Counted from the first letter of the stretch, positions 36,201-50,451 are shown. The stretch: DNA of 64,000 nucleotides from Balanoglossus misakiensis (GCA_040954595.2 CM082583.2:3109060-3173059); one strand, 5' to 3'. Program-made: numbers and translations. Notes: generated from the sequence alone by a model not told the origin.

Positions 36201-39200
36201 TTAACCAGGCCACAGTGCACAGTATCATGCCCATCTACCAAAATTAAGTGTTGTGTAGAGTCAACCTTTGCGTCAACATTAACCAGGCCACAGTGCACAG
36301 TATCATGCCCATCTACCAAAATTTAAGTGTTGTGTAGAGTCAACCATTGCGTCAACATTAACCAGGCCACAGTGCACAGTATCATGCCCATCTACCAAAA
36401 TTAAGTGTTGTGTAGAGTCAACCTTTGCGTCAACATTAACCAGGCCACAGTGCACAGTATCATGCCCATCTACCAAAATTAAGTGTTGTGTAGAGTCAAC
36501 CTTTGCGTCAACATTAACCAGGCCACAGTGCACAGTATCATGCCCATCTACCAAAATTTAAGTGTTGTGTAGAGTCAACCATTGCGTCAACATTAACCAG
36601 GCCACACTGCACAGTATCATGCCCATCTACTAAAATTTAAGTGTTGTGTAGAGTCAACCATTGCGTCAACATTAACCAGGCCACAGTGCACAGTATCATG
36701 CCCATCTACCAAAATTAAGTGTTGTGTAGAGTCAACCTTTGCGTCAACATTAACCAGGCCACAGTGCACAGTATCATGCCCATCTACCAAAATTTAAGTG
36801 GTGTGTAGAGTCAACCTTTGCGTCAAAATTAACCAGGCCATAGTGCACAGTATCATGCCCATCTACCAAAATTAAGTGTTGTGTAGAGTCAACCATTGCG
36901 TCAACATTAACCAGGCCACAGTGCACAGTATCATGCCCATCTACCAAAATTTAAGTGGTGTGTAGAGTCAACCTTTGCGTCAACATTAACAAGGCCATAG
37001 TGGCGATCTACCCAAATTAAAGTGGTGTGTAGAGTCAACGTTTGCGTCAACATTAACCAGGCCACAGTGGACACTATCATGCTCATCTACCAAAATTTAA
37101 GTGGTGTGTAGAGTCAACCTTTGCGTCAACATTAACAAGGCCATAGTGGCCATCTACCCAAATTAAAGTGGTATGTAGAGTCAACGTTTGCGTCAACATT
37201 AACAAGGCCATAGTGGCCATCTACCAAAATTTAAGTGGTGTGTAGAGTCAACGTTTGCGTCAACATTAACAAGGCCATAGTGGCCATCTACCAAAATTTA
37301 AGTGGTGTGTAGAGTTAACCTTTGCGTCAACATTAACCAGGCCACAGTGGAAAGTATCATGCCCATCTACCAAAATTTAAGTGGTGTGTAGAGTCAACGT
37401 TTGCGTCAACATTAACAAGGCCATAGTGGCCATCTACCAAAATTTAAGTGGTGTGTAGAGTAAACGTTTGTGTCAACATTAACAAGGCCATAGTGGCCAT
37501 CTACCAATATTTAAGTGGTGTGTAGAGTCAACCTTTGCGTCAACATTAACCAGGCCACAGTGGACAGTATCATGCCCATCTACCAAAATTAAAGTGGTGT
37601 GTAGAGTCAACCTTTGCGTCAACATTAACAAGGCCATAGCGGCCATCTACCAAAATTTAAGTGTTGTGTAGAGTCAACCTTTGCGTCAACATTAACCAGG
37701 CCATAGTGCACAGTATCATGCCCATCTACCAAAATTTAACTGGTGTGTAGAGTCAACCTTTGCATCACATTAACCAGGCCACAGTGCACAGTATCATGCT
37801 CATCTACCAAAATTTAAGTGTTGTGTAGAGTCAACCTTTGCGTCAACATTAACCAGGCCATAGTGCACAGTATCATGCCCATCTACCAAAATTTAAGTGG
37901 TGTGTAGAGTCAACCTTTGAGTCAACATTAACAGGCCATAGCGGCCATCTACCAAAATTAAAGTGGTGTGTAGAGTCAACCTTTGCGTCAACATTAACCA
38001 GGCCACAGTGGACAATATCAAGCCCATCTACCAAAAGTTAAGTGGTGTGTAGAGTCAACCTTTGCGTCAACATTAACCAGGCCACAGTGGACAATATCAA
38101 GCCCATCTACCAAAAGTTAAGTGGTGTGTAGAGTCAACCTTTGCGTCAACATTAACAAGGCCATAGTATACAGTATCATGCCCATCTACCAAAATTTAAG
38201 TAGTGTGTAGAGTCAACCTTTGCGTCAACATTAACAAGGCCATAGCGGCCATCTACCAAAATTAAAGTGGTGTGTAGAGTCAACCTTTGCGTCAACATTA
38301 ACAAGGCCATAGTGGCCATCTACCAAAATTAAGTGTTGTGTAGAGTCAACTTTTGCGGCAACATTAACCAGGCCACAGTGGACAGTATCATGCCCCTCTA
38401 CCAAAAGTTAAGTGGTGTGTAGATTCAACCTTTGTGTCAACATTAACCAGGCCACAGTGGACAATATCAAGCCCATCTACCAAAAATTAAGTGGTGTGTA
38501 GAGTCAACCTTTGCGTCAACATTAACCAGGCCACAGTGGACAGTATCATGCCCATCTACCAAAATTTAAGTGTTGTGTAGAGTCAACCTTTGCGTCAACA
38601 TTAACCAGGCCATAGTGCACAGTATCATGCCCATCTACCAAAATTTAAGTGGTGTGTAGAGTCAACCTTTGCGTCAACATTAACAAGGCCATAGTGGCCA
38701 TCTACCCAAATTGAAGTGGTGTGTAGAGTCAACGTTTGCGTCAACATTAACAAGGCCATAGTGGCCATCTACCCAAATTAAAGTGGTGTGTAGAGTCAAC
38801 CTTTGCGTCAACATTAACCAGGCCACAGTGGACAGTATCATGCCCATCTACCAAAATTTAAGTGGTGTGTAGAGTCAACCTTTGCGTCAACATTAACAAG
38901 GCCATAGTGCACAGTATCATGCCCATCTACTAAAATTTAACTGGTGTGTAGAGTCAACCTTTGCGTCAACATTAACCAGGCCACAGTGCACAGTATCATG
39001 CCCATCTACCAAAATTTAAGTGTTGTGTAGAGTCAACCTTTGCGTCAACATTAACCAGGCCATAGTGCACAGTATCATGCCCATCTACCAAAATTTAAGT
39101 GTTGTGTAGAGTCAACCTTTGCGTCAACATTAACCAGGCCATAGTGCACAGTATCATGCCCATCTACCAAAATTTAAGTGGTGTGTAGAGTCAACCTTTG

Positions 39201-40544
39201 CGTCAACATTAACAAGGCCACAGTGGATAATATCAAGCCCATCTACCAAAATTTAAGTGGTGTGTAGAGTCAACCTTTGCGTCAACATTAACAAGGCCAT
39301 AGTGGCGATCTACCCAAATTAAAGTGGTGTGTAGAGTCAACGTTTGCGTCAACATTAACCAGGCCACAGTGGACAGTATCATGCTCATCTACCAAAATTT
39401 AAGTGGTGTGTAGAGTCAACCTTTGCGTCAACATTAACAAGGCCATAGTGGCCATCTACCCAAATTAAAGTGGTATGTAGAGTCAACGTTTGCGTCAACA
39501 TTAACAAGGCCATAGTGGCCATCTACCAAAATTTAAGTGGTGTGTAGAGTCAACGTTTGCGTCAACATTAACAAGGCCATAGTGGCCATCTACCAAAATT
39601 TAAGTGGTGTGTAGAGTTAACCTTTGCGTCAACATTAACCAGGCCACAGTGGACAGTATCATGCCCATCTACCAACATTTAAGTGGTGTGTAGAGTCAAC
39701 GTTTGCGTCAACATTAACAAGGCCATAGTGGCCATCTACCAAAATTTAAGTGGTGTGTAGAGTCAACGTTTGCGTCAACATTAACAAGGCCATAGTGGCC
39801 ATCTACCAATATTTAAGTGGTGTGTAGAGTCAACCTTTGCGTCAACATTAACAAGGCCATAGTGGCCATCTACCAAAATTAAGTGTTGTGTAGAGTCAAC
39901 CTTTGCGTCAACATTAACCAGGCCACAGTGGACAGTATCATGCCCATCTACCAAAATTAAAGTGGTGTGTAGAGTCAACCTTTACGTCAACATTAACAAG
40001 GCCATAGCGGCCATCTACCAAAATTAAAGTGTTGTGTAGAGTCAACCTTTGCGTCAACATTAACCAGGCCATAGTGCACAGTATCATGCCCATCTACCAA
40101 AATTTAACTGGTGTGTAGAGTCAACCTTTGCGTCACATTAACCAGGACACAGTGCACAGTATCATGCTCATCTACCAAAATTTAAGTGTTGTGTAGAGTC
40201 AACCTTTGCATCAACATTAACCAGGCCATAGTGCACAGTATCATGCCCATCTACCAAAATTTAAGTGGTGTGTAGAGTCAACCTTTGAGTCAACATTAAC
40301 AAGGCCATAGCGGCCATCTACCAAAATTTAAGTGGTGTGTAGAGTTAAATTTTGCGTCAACATTAACCAGGCCACAGTGGACAGTATCATGCCCATCTAC
40401 CAAAATTTAAGTGGTGTGTAGAGTCAACGTTTGCGTCAACATTAACAAGGCCATAGTGGCCATCTACCAAAATTTAAGTGGTGTGTAGAGTCAACGTTTG
40501 CGTCAACATTAACAAGGCCATAGTGGCCATCTACCAATATTTAA

Positions 40545-41339
40545 GATGGGTCCCTAGGATCTTTTTGCCCGTTGCTATGGGCCTTTATAGGACATTACAC
40601 CCCGATTTGGACTAAGCCGTTCTCAGAGTCTAACAAGGGGCTGGTAACTAGTTAAAAATACGCACGATTGTGAGCGCGCGCCCCCTGACGCCATTGATAT
40701 GCAAATTAGTTAGGTCAAATTTCAAAAGCCTAAGGCTTTTTATTCCGTGACCTCAAAAACGAACTTGATACGTATTAGTTAGTTGCTTGAACCAGGGAAG
40801 ATCGTGACGGATTTTGTTTTCGAATATTATCGTTGTATCCTACGATTTCAGCATACCCGTACCACACCTGAAAAAGTCATCGATTTTGGGTGTTTTTGGA
40901 CGCACTCTTCCACCGGTATCGCTTCTTAGCACGACGAAAACCGAAAAAACGATCCGTCACACTGTGCGGAAGTGCGTTCTCAACAAGCAGGTCAAATTTG
41001 GCTGGCCTACGTCGCCTATGAAAAAAGCCTTAGGGATTTTCGTGAACGGTACAAAATCTCTGTGTACAAAACATTGGATTTTTAGCGTTCGATCCAGTTA
41101 CTGTGGTTACAGGACGCGCACGCCATCGCTGACCGCTGCTTTGCCGTATTAGCGTGGAGGCCTATGGCCGGGCGGTAGCTGCCGTAAACATACTCAGACA
41201 GGGGGTGTGCACACAATCGTGTGTATTTTTAACTAGTTACAAGCCCCTTGTCGGACGTTCATAACGGTTTCGATCAAAATTGAGTGTAGTGTCCTATAAA
41301 GGCCCATAGCAACGTGCAAAAAGATCCTAGGGACCCATC
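40545..41339. mobile_element. Kolobok-like non-autonomous element (795 bp), copy 1
   Basis: TTAA TSD (40541-40544, 41340-41343); GA...TC (RR...YY) termini; about 140-bp imperfect TIRs starting GATGGGTCCCTAGGATCTTTTTGC. Confidence 0.9.
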
Positions 41340-41689
41340 TTAAGTGGTGTGTAGAGTCAACCTTTGCGTCAACATTAACAAGGCCATAGTGGCCATCTAC
41401 CAAAATTAAGTGTTGTGTAGAGTCAACCTTTGCGTCAACATTAACAAGGCCATAGCGGCCATCTACCAAAATTTAAGTGGTGTGTAGAGTTAAATTTTGC
41501 GTCAACATTAACCAGGCCACAGTGGACAGTATCATGCCCATCTACCAAAATTTAAGTGGTGTGTAGAGTCAACGTTTGCGTCAACATTAACAAGGCCATA
41601 GTGGCCATCTACCAAAATTTAAGTGGTGTGTAGAGTCAACGTTTGCGTCAACATTAACAAGGCCATAGTGGCCATCTACCAATATTTAA

Positions 41690-42484
41690 GATGGGTCCCT
41701 AGGATCTTTTTGCCCGTTGCTATGGGCCTTTATAGGACATTACACCCCGATTTGGACTAAGCCGTTCTCAGAGTCTAACAAGGGGCTGGTAACTAGTTAA
41801 AAATACGCACGATTGTGAGCGCGCGCCCCCTGACGCCATTGATATGCAAATTAGTTAGGTCAAATTTCAAAAGCCTAAGGCTTTTTATTCCGTGACCTCA
41901 AAAACGAACTTGATACGTATTAGTTAGTTGCTTGAACCAGGGAAGATCGTGACGGATTTTGTTTTCGAATATTATCGTTGTATCCTACGATTTCAGCATA
42001 CCCGTACCACACCTGAAAAAGTCATCGATTTTGGGTGTTTTTGGACGCACTCTTCCACCGGTATCGCTTCTTAGCACGACGAAAACCGAAAAAACGATCC
42101 GTCACACTGTGCGGAAGTGCGTTCTCAACAAGCAGGTCAAATTTGGCTGGCCTACGTCGCCTATGAAAAAAGCCTTAGGGATTTTCGTGAACGGTACAAA
42201 ATCTCTGTGTACAAAACATTGGATTTTTAGCGTTCGATCCAGTTACTGTGGTTACAGGACGCGCACGCCATCGCTGACCGCTGCTTTGCCGTATTAGCGT
42301 GGAGGCCTATGGCCGGGCGGTAGCTGCCGTAAACATACTCAGACAGGGGGTGTGCACACAATCGTGTGTATTTTTAACTAGTTACAAGCCCCTTGTCGGA
42401 CGTTCATAACGGTTTCGATCAAAATTGAGTGTAGTGTCCTATAAAGGCCCATAGCAACGTGCAAAAAGATCCTAGGGACCCATC
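41690..42484. mobile_element. Kolobok-like non-autonomous element (795 bp), copy 2
   Basis: Appears identical to 40545-41339 at an offset of 1145 bp; TTAA at 41686-41689 and 42485-42488. Confidence 0.9.
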
Positions 42485-45400
42485 TTAAGTGGTGTGTAGA
42501 GTCAACCTTTGCGTCAACATTAACAAGGCCATAGTGGCCATCTACCAAAATTAAGTGTTGTGTAGAGTCAACCTTTGCGTCAACATTAACCAGGCCACAG
42601 TGGACAGTATCATGCCCATCTACCAAAATTAAAGTGGTGTGTAGAGTCAACCTTTGCGTCAACATTAACAAGGCCATAGCGGCCATCTACCAAAATTTAA
42701 GTGTTGTGTAGAGTCAACCTTTGCGTCAACATTAACCAGGCCATAGTGCACAGTATCATGCCCATCTACCAAAATTTAACTGGTGTGTAGAGTCAACCTT
42801 TGCGTCACATTAACCAGGACACAGTGCACAGTATAATGCTCATCTACCAAAATTTAAGTGTTGTGTAGAGTCAACCTTTGCATCAACATTAACCAGGCCA
42901 TAGTGCACAGTATCATGCCCATCTACCAAAATTTAAGTGGTGTGTAGAGTCAACCTTTGAGTCAACATTAACAAGGCCATAGCGGCCATCTACCAAAATT
43001 AAAGTGGTGTGTAGAGTCAACCTTTGCGTCAACATTAACCAGGCCACAGTGGACAGTATCATGCCCCTCTACCAAAAGTTAAGTGGTGTGTAGAGTCAAC
43101 CTTTGTGTCAACATTAACCAGGCCACAGTGGACAATATCAAGCCCATCTACCAAAATTTAAGTGGTGTGTAGAGTCAACCTTTGCGTCAACATTAACAAG
43201 GCCATAGTACACAGTATCATGCCCATCTACCAAAATTTAAGTGGTGTGTAGAGTCAACCTTTGCGTCAACATTAACAAGGCCATAGCGGCCATCTACCAA
43301 AATTAAAGTGGTGTGTAGAGTCAACCTTTGCGTCAACATTAACAAGGCCATAGTGGCCATCTACCAAAATTAAGTGTTGTGTAGAGTCAACGTTTGCGTC
43401 AACATTAACAAGGCCATAGTGGCCATCTACCCAAATTAAAGTGGTGTGTAGAGTCAACCTTTGCGTCAACATTAACCAGGCCACAGTGAACAGTATCATG
43501 CCCATCTACCAAAATTTAAGTGGTGTGTAGAGTCAACCTTTGCGTCAACATTAACCAGGCCATAGTGCACAGTATCATGCCCATCTACTAAAATTTAACT
43601 GGTGTGTAGAGTCAACCTTTGCGTCAACATTAACCAGGCCACAGTGCACAGTATCATGCCCATCTACCATAATTTAAGTGTTGTGTAGAGTCAACCTTTG
43701 CGTCAACATTAACCAGGCCATAGTGCACAGTATCATGCCCATCTACCAAAATTTAAGTGGCGTGTAGAGTCAACTTTTGCGGCAACATTAACCAGGCCAC
43801 AGTGGACAGTATCATGCCCTTCTACCAAAAGTTAAGTGTTGTGTAGAGTCAACCTTTGTGTCAACATTAACCAGGCCACAGTGGATAATATCAAGCCCAT
43901 CTACCAAAATTTAAGTGTTGTGTAGAGTCAACCTTTGCGTCAACATTAACCAGGCCATAGTGCACAGTATCATGCCCATCTACCAAAATTTAAGTGGCGT
44001 GTAGAGTCAACTTTTGCGGCAACATTAACCAGGCCACAGTGGACAGTATCATGCCCTTCTACCAAAAGTTAAGTGTTGTGTAGAGTCAACCTTTGCGTCA
44101 ACATTAACCAGGCCATAGTGCACAGTATCATGCCCATCTACCAAAATTTAAGTGGCGTGTAGAGTCAACTTTTGCGGCAACATTAACCAGGCCACAGTGG
44201 ACAGTATCATGCCCATCTACAAAAATTTAAGTGGCGTGTAGAGTCAACCTTTGTGTCAACATTAACCAGGCCACAGTGGATAATATCAAGCCCATCTACC
44301 AAAATTTAAGTGTTGTGTAGAGTCAACCTTTGCGTCAACATTAACCAGTCCATAGTGCACAGTATCATGCCCATCTACCAAAATTTAAGTGGTGTGTAGA
44401 GTCAACCTTTGCGTCAACATTAACAAGGCCATAGTGGCCATCTACCAAAATTAAAGTGGTGTGTAGAGTCAACCTTTGCGTCAACATTAACAAGGCCATA
44501 GTGGCCATCTACCAAAATTTAAGTGTTGTGTAGAGTCAACCTTTGCGTCAACATTAACAAGGCCATAGTGGCCATCTACCAAAATTAAAGTGGTGTGTAG
44601 AGTCAACCTTTGCGTCAACATTAACAAGGCCATAGTGGCCATCTACCAAAATTAAAGTGGTGTGTAGAGTCAACCTTTGCGTCAACATTAACAAGGCCAT
44701 AGTGGCCATCTACCAAAATTTAAGTGTTGTGTAGAGTCAACCTTTGTGTCAACATTAACCAGGCCGCAGTGCACAGTATCATGCCCATCTACCAAAATTT
44801 AAGTGGTGTGTAGAGTCAACCTTTGCGTCAACATTAACAAGGCCATAGTGGCCATCTACCAAAATTAAAGTGGTGTGTAGAGTCAACCTTTGCGTCAACA
44901 TTAACAAGGCCATAGTGGCCATCTACCAAAATTTCAGTGGTGTGTAGAGTCAACCTTTGCGTCAACATTAACCAGGCCATAGTGCACAGTATCATGCCCA
45001 TCTACCAAAATTTAAGTGGTGTGTAGAGTCAACCTTTGCGTCAACATTAACAAGGCTATAGTGGCCATCTACCAAAATTAAAGTGGTGTGTAGAGTTAAC
45101 GTTTGCATCAACATTAACAAGGCCATAGAGGCCATCTACCAAAATTTAAGTGGTGTGTAGAGTCAACGTTTGCGTCAACATTAACAAGGCCATAGTGGCC
45201 ATCTACCAAAATTTAACTGGTGTGTAGAGTCAACCTTTGCGTCAACATTAACCAGGCCACAGTGCACAGTATCATGCCCATCTACCAAAATTTAAGTGTT
45301 GTGTAGAGTCAACCTTTGCATCAACATTAACCAGGCCATAGTGCACAGTATCATGCCCATCTACCAAAATTTAAGTGGTGTGTAGAGTCAACTTTTGCGG

Positions 45401-46309
45401 CAACATTAACCAGGCCACAGTGGAAAGTATCATGCCCATCTACCAAAATTTAAGTGGCGTGTAGAGTCAACTTTTGCGGCAACATTAACCAGGCCACAGT
45501 GGACAGTATCATGCCCCTCTACCAAAAGTTAAGTGGTGTGTAGAGTCAACCTTTGTGTCAACATTAACCAGGCCACAGTGGATAATATCAAGCACATCTA
45601 CCAAAATTTAAGTGTTGTGTAGAGTCAACCTTTGCGTCAACATTAACCAGTCCATAGTGCACAGTATCATGCCCATCTACCAAAATTTAAGTGGTGTGTA
45701 GAGTCAACCTTTGCGTCAACATTAACAAGGCCATAGTGGCCATCTACCAAAATTAAAGTGGTGTGTAGAGTCAACCTTTGCGTCAACATTAACAAGGCCA
45801 TAGTGGCCATCTACCAAAATTTAAGTGTTGTGTAGAGTCAACCTTTGTGTCAACATTAACCAGGCCGCAGTGGACAGTATCATGCCCATCTACCAAAATT
45901 TAAGTGGTGTGTAGAGTCAACCTTTGCGTCAACATTAACCAGGCCATAGTGCACAGTATCATGCCCATCTACCAAAATTTAAGTGGTGTGTAGAGTCAAC
46001 CTTTGCATCAACATTAACAAGGCCATAGAGGCCATCTACCAAAATTTAAGTGGTGTGTAGAGTCAACGTTTGCGTCAACATTAACAAGGCCATAGTGGCC
46101 ATCTACCAAAATTTAAGTGGTGTGTAGAGTCAACCTTTGCGTCAACATTAACCAGGCCATAGTGCAGAGTATCATGCCCATCTACCAAAATTTAAGTGGT
46201 GTGTAGAGTCAACCTTTGCGTCAACATTAACAAGGCTATAGTGGCCATCTACCAAAATTTAAGTGGTGTGTAGAGTCAACCTTTGCGTCAACATTAACCA
46301 GGCCATAGT

Positions 46310-46720
46310 AAATAACTAACTAAGTGAGTATTTATTGCATTACAAGGCCTCCGGCCCATATACAGTATAGCTCTCAGCATAAAAATTGGTGAGGTCATAC
46401 AGAGCTCTTAAAGATGCTATTTTACAGAGAATGATTTCTTTTCATAAATGCATAATGGACGTATTTACATAAATTGATTAATAAATCAGGTTGAGTAGAT
46501 TGCAAAAGTCTAAGAAATTTAACATGGTTGGTATCGTTATAGAAATAAAGGGGAATGTATTTTTGTCTTAGCTCTTTGTAAAATGGACAAATCAGCAAAA
46601 AATGAAATTCATCTTCCAGAAGTCTGAGGTTACATAATAGGCAAAGTCTATCTGTTAAATCAATGTTGTGGTGTCTCCCTACTTCAATACCCAGTTGCAT
46701 CACGGAGCATCGAAAACGGG
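46310..46720 (-). mobile_element. 5'-truncated LINE (probably RTE-X-like) 3' end
   Basis: Minus-strand peptide RFRCSVMQLGIEVGR...RLCLLCNLRLLEDEFHFLLICPFY (CCHC C-terminus of ORF2); stop at 46422; 3'UTR with AATAAA and a short TTAG-repeat tail; TSD CATAGT at 46304-46309 and 46721-46726. Confidence 0.85.
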
Positions 46721-49700
46721 CATAGTGCACAGTATCATGCCCATCTACCAAAATTTTAGTGGTGTGTAGAGTCAACCTTTGCGTCAACATTAACAAGGCC
46801 ATAGCGGCCATCTACCAAAATTAAAGTGGTGTGTAGAGTCAACCTTTGCGTCAACATTAACCAGGCCACAGTGGACAGTATCATGCCCATCTACCAAAAT
46901 TTAAGTGGTGTGTAGAGTCAACCTTTGCGTCAACATTAACCAGGCCATAGTGCACAGTATCAAGCCCATCTACAAAAATTGAAGTGATGTGTAGAGTCAA
47001 CCTTTGCGTCAACATTAACCAGGCCACAGTGGACAGTATCATGCCCATCTACCAAAATTTAAGTGTTGTGTAGAGTCAACGTTTGCGTCAACATTAACCA
47101 GGCCACAGTGGACAGTATCATGCCCATCTACCAAAATTTAAGTGTTGTGTAGAGTCAACCTTTGCGTCAACATTAACAAGGCCATAGTGGCCATCTACCA
47201 AAATTTAAGTGGTGTGTAGAGTCAACCTTTGCGTCAACATTAACCAGGCCATAGTGCACAGTATCATGCCCATCTACCAAAATTTAACTGGTGTGTAGAG
47301 TCAACCTTTGCGTCAACATTAACCAGGCCACAGTGCACAGTATCATGCCCATCTACCAAAATTAAAGTGTTGTGTAGAGTCAACCTTTGCGTCACCATTA
47401 ACCAGGCCATAGTGCACAGTATCATGCCCATCTACCAAAATTTAAGTGGTGTGTAGAGTCAACCTTTGCGTCAACATTAACAAGGCCATAGTGGCCATCT
47501 ACCAAAATTAAAGTGGTGTGTAGAGTGAACCTTTGCGTCAACATTAACAAGGCCATAGTGGCCATCTACCAAAATTAAGTGTTGTGTAGAGTCAACTTTT
47601 GCGGCAACATTAACCAGGCCACAGTGGACAGTATCATGCCCATCTACCAAAATTTAAGTGGTGTGTAGAGTCAACCTTTTCGTCAACATTAACCAGGCCA
47701 CAGTGGACAGTATCATGGCCATCTACCAAAATTTAAGTGGTGTGTAGAGTCAACCTTTGCGTCAACATTAACCAGGCCACAGTGGACAGTATCATGGCCA
47801 TCTACCAAAATTTAAGTGTTGTGTAAAGTCTACCTTTGCGTCAACATTAACCAGGCCACAGTGGACAGTATCATGCCCATCTACCAAAATTTAAGTGGTG
47901 TGTAGAGTCAACCTTTGCGTCAACATTAACAAGGCAATAGTGGCCATCTACCAAAATTAAAGTGGTGTGTAGAGTCAACCTTTGCCTCAACATTAACAAG
48001 GCCATAGTGGCCATCTACCAACATTTAAGTGTTGTGTAGAGTCAACCTTTGCGTCAACATTAACCAGGCCACAGTGGACAGTATCATGCCCATCTACCAA
48101 AATTTAAGTGGTGTGTAGAGTCAACCTTTGCGTCAACATTAACCAGGCCACAGTGGACAGTATCATGCCCATCTACCAAAATTTAAGTGTTGTGTAGAGT
48201 CAACCTTTGCGTCAACATTAACCAGGCCAGGCGACGTTGGACAAGATTATGACCTGATCTTTGCACTAATATGCATACAAGCCAACTGTTCTAAATGGTT
48301 TTGTTTTCTTAATTTTAAAGTTCATTCTTGCATAAATGCGACTCTTCCAAATTGGCATCATTTGCACATGTTCCTACTCATGTGCCTAATTAGAGTGTGA
48401 AGCAATACCATGTGAGGTACAACCACAATGAGGTTTTGAGATTCTTTATTTGACTTTTTTGGACAGCCACAGGTCAATGCAGAGTGAAGATGAAATATCA
48501 CATCAGTGAACTTCCTTCTATGAAAATGCTCCATTAACTGCTGCACTTCTCTCTACAGACTTTCTACATGAATTGGTACATTACGTCTGGCTTTGAATCT
48601 TGTAAAATACAAGTTGATTTTCTGTCCCCGGGTTGGTACAGCACTGCACATAAATATCTGCGAGGCTATCTTTTGCGAAATTAAGTATTGGAAACATTAT
48701 ACTGAATGTAATTTTGAATGATCTTTTTCTCTCTGTGTGTAAAAGTCTAATTTCATATGGTATGAACCAATTTCATCAAATACTGCCTACTGCTGGCGCT
48801 GCATCTTTCAAGAAATGTGAAAAGTTGGCAAGACAAGTTTGGTAAATGTGGGCCCCCTAACTGAAGCATAAGCACAAACTGAAAACAAAGATATGAATTT
48901 GGAATAGTTTTATTTATTACATATGAAAAATAATGAAGATTTATGCTTCAAAGTAAAGTACCGACGGAGTCGAACCGCCAATGCTACATGCATCATACCC
49001 ATAATACTTTTGTTGCTTTTTGCATGAATTGCATTATTTTTCATATGCTGTGTAGCTAAAGTGTGGCTAGGTGGCTAACTGCTGATGTAATATATCTTGC
49101 ATACCAATTTGGAACAAATACCCCAAGTAGTGGTCAAACAGAAACAATGTTTGCATTCCAATTTGAAACAAGGTGACAAAAGTGGTCGAAATGAAACAAT
49201 GAGCAAAAACAGTGTTTATCAAATTGAAATAATGTGCCAAAATAGCTTCTGTTGATATTGCACAAAAATAACTGTTGCATTTTACCCTTGAGTTAATTAT
49301 TATTTCTAAGGCAATTATGTGCTTAATACTAATTATTACCTATGGGTAAAAACGATCAGTTTCTTAAGTACAAATCGCAAGAAGCTCCCCCATACATTTT
49401 TTAGTGTGTTTTGTTTAAATCAAGCAAGATAATTACATTCTGTGTGATAAACTAATTAACTTTACGCGCCTGAGGACAGTTAAAAACCTCGAGCCAAATA
49501 TAAAATGAGGAAAAACTGCCCTCTCCCCATTGACTGTGGTGAATTTTAAAAGGTGGGGCTCAAACTAACCGGAATTGTCTTGCCAACTCTTATTTTTCTG
49601 CGTACAATTTGATGTATCATTGCGTGAGATAGATGATTCGTGTTGATGCGCGAATTACGATGATGAAAGCAAAAAATCCACCGGCGAATCACACAGGCAC

Positions 49701-50451
49701 ATGGCGAAATTCCATTACACGATGAGCGAACTGCGATGAAGAACGCGATCGCGGGTAACGCTGCAAAAAATCCATAGGCGATTAACACAAATGCATAGCA
49801 AACACATATTAACACAAATGTATTACTACCCAATCTGACACTAATATATTACCCAATGATTTCAAATTTCTTATTATTATACCCCAAGTAATGATCACAG
49901 CTTTATAATATTAACACCATTTATACATATCCCATAATGTTTATACCATCACGTTATTACCCCTTTATTATTATTATACCACCAAAACCTTGTGTTAACC
50001 ATTTTTTTATTATTAACCATTGGCGTTTACACCCTGTTATATTATACCGGTATTTACCCTCTGTACATGTACAGTTTTAATTTACCACGTGGCATTACCC
50101 TTGTTTTTATAGTACTTTAATTACTTATCACATACCCTTGAAACCATAATATTATACCCTTGCAGACAGTTTTGTTACACTACCCCTGTGCACAACATTT
50201 TATTAGTCATACACCAACCCATCACCATTCCCTCAGATTATACCATTTTTTATTAGCCTAACCTATTGACAGCATCCCTCAGGTTATGATATTGTTATCT
50301 GGCACGGCGTTGTTATAGATATTTATTAGACTCCCTCCGACGATGGTATTACCAATGAACCTATTGAAAAAAAAGAATGAATATTATTAATTAGATCAGA
50401 TCAACAAATCATGGCGTCGTTCATCCCTCTGGTCACAGTAGCATCATCTGG

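Larger units (their letters stand above)
19240..48229 (+). repeat. Satellite DNA array of 79-bp (also 78-bp) and 67-bp monomers, about 18 kb net, interrupted by four TE copies
   Basis: Long unit GTAGAGTCAACCTTTGCGTCAACATTAACCAGGCCACAGTGCACAGTATCATGCCCATCTACCAAAATTTAAGTGGTGT (79 bp); short unit is 12 bp shorter (...AACAAGGCCATAGTGGCCATCTACC...); roughly 250 monomers by length estimate. Confidence 0.98.

Noticed and set aside
40545-41339. piggyBac assignment from the TTAA TSD
   Set aside because: Termini are GA...TC (RR...YY, Kolobok-like) and not the CC...GG typical of piggyBac
40814-42297. Duplicated 112-aa ORF inside the TTAA element
   Set aside because: TTG start and no transposase motifs; identity simply reflects the recent duplication
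19240-48229. CRISPR-like array or repeat-protein ORFs (VDGHDTVHCGLVNVDAKVDSTQHLIL...)
   Set aside because: There are no unique spacers or cas genes. The short ORFs arise where 78-bp monomer variants keep a frame, while 79- and 67-bp units break it.
48240-48620. Possible decayed coding sequence on the minus strand at the satellite's right edge
   Set aside because: Interrupted by stops and no family motif recognised
48955-48990. tRNA gene (minus-strand GGTTCGACTCC B-box)
   Set aside because: No cloverleaf or A-box could be built; at most a SINE relic
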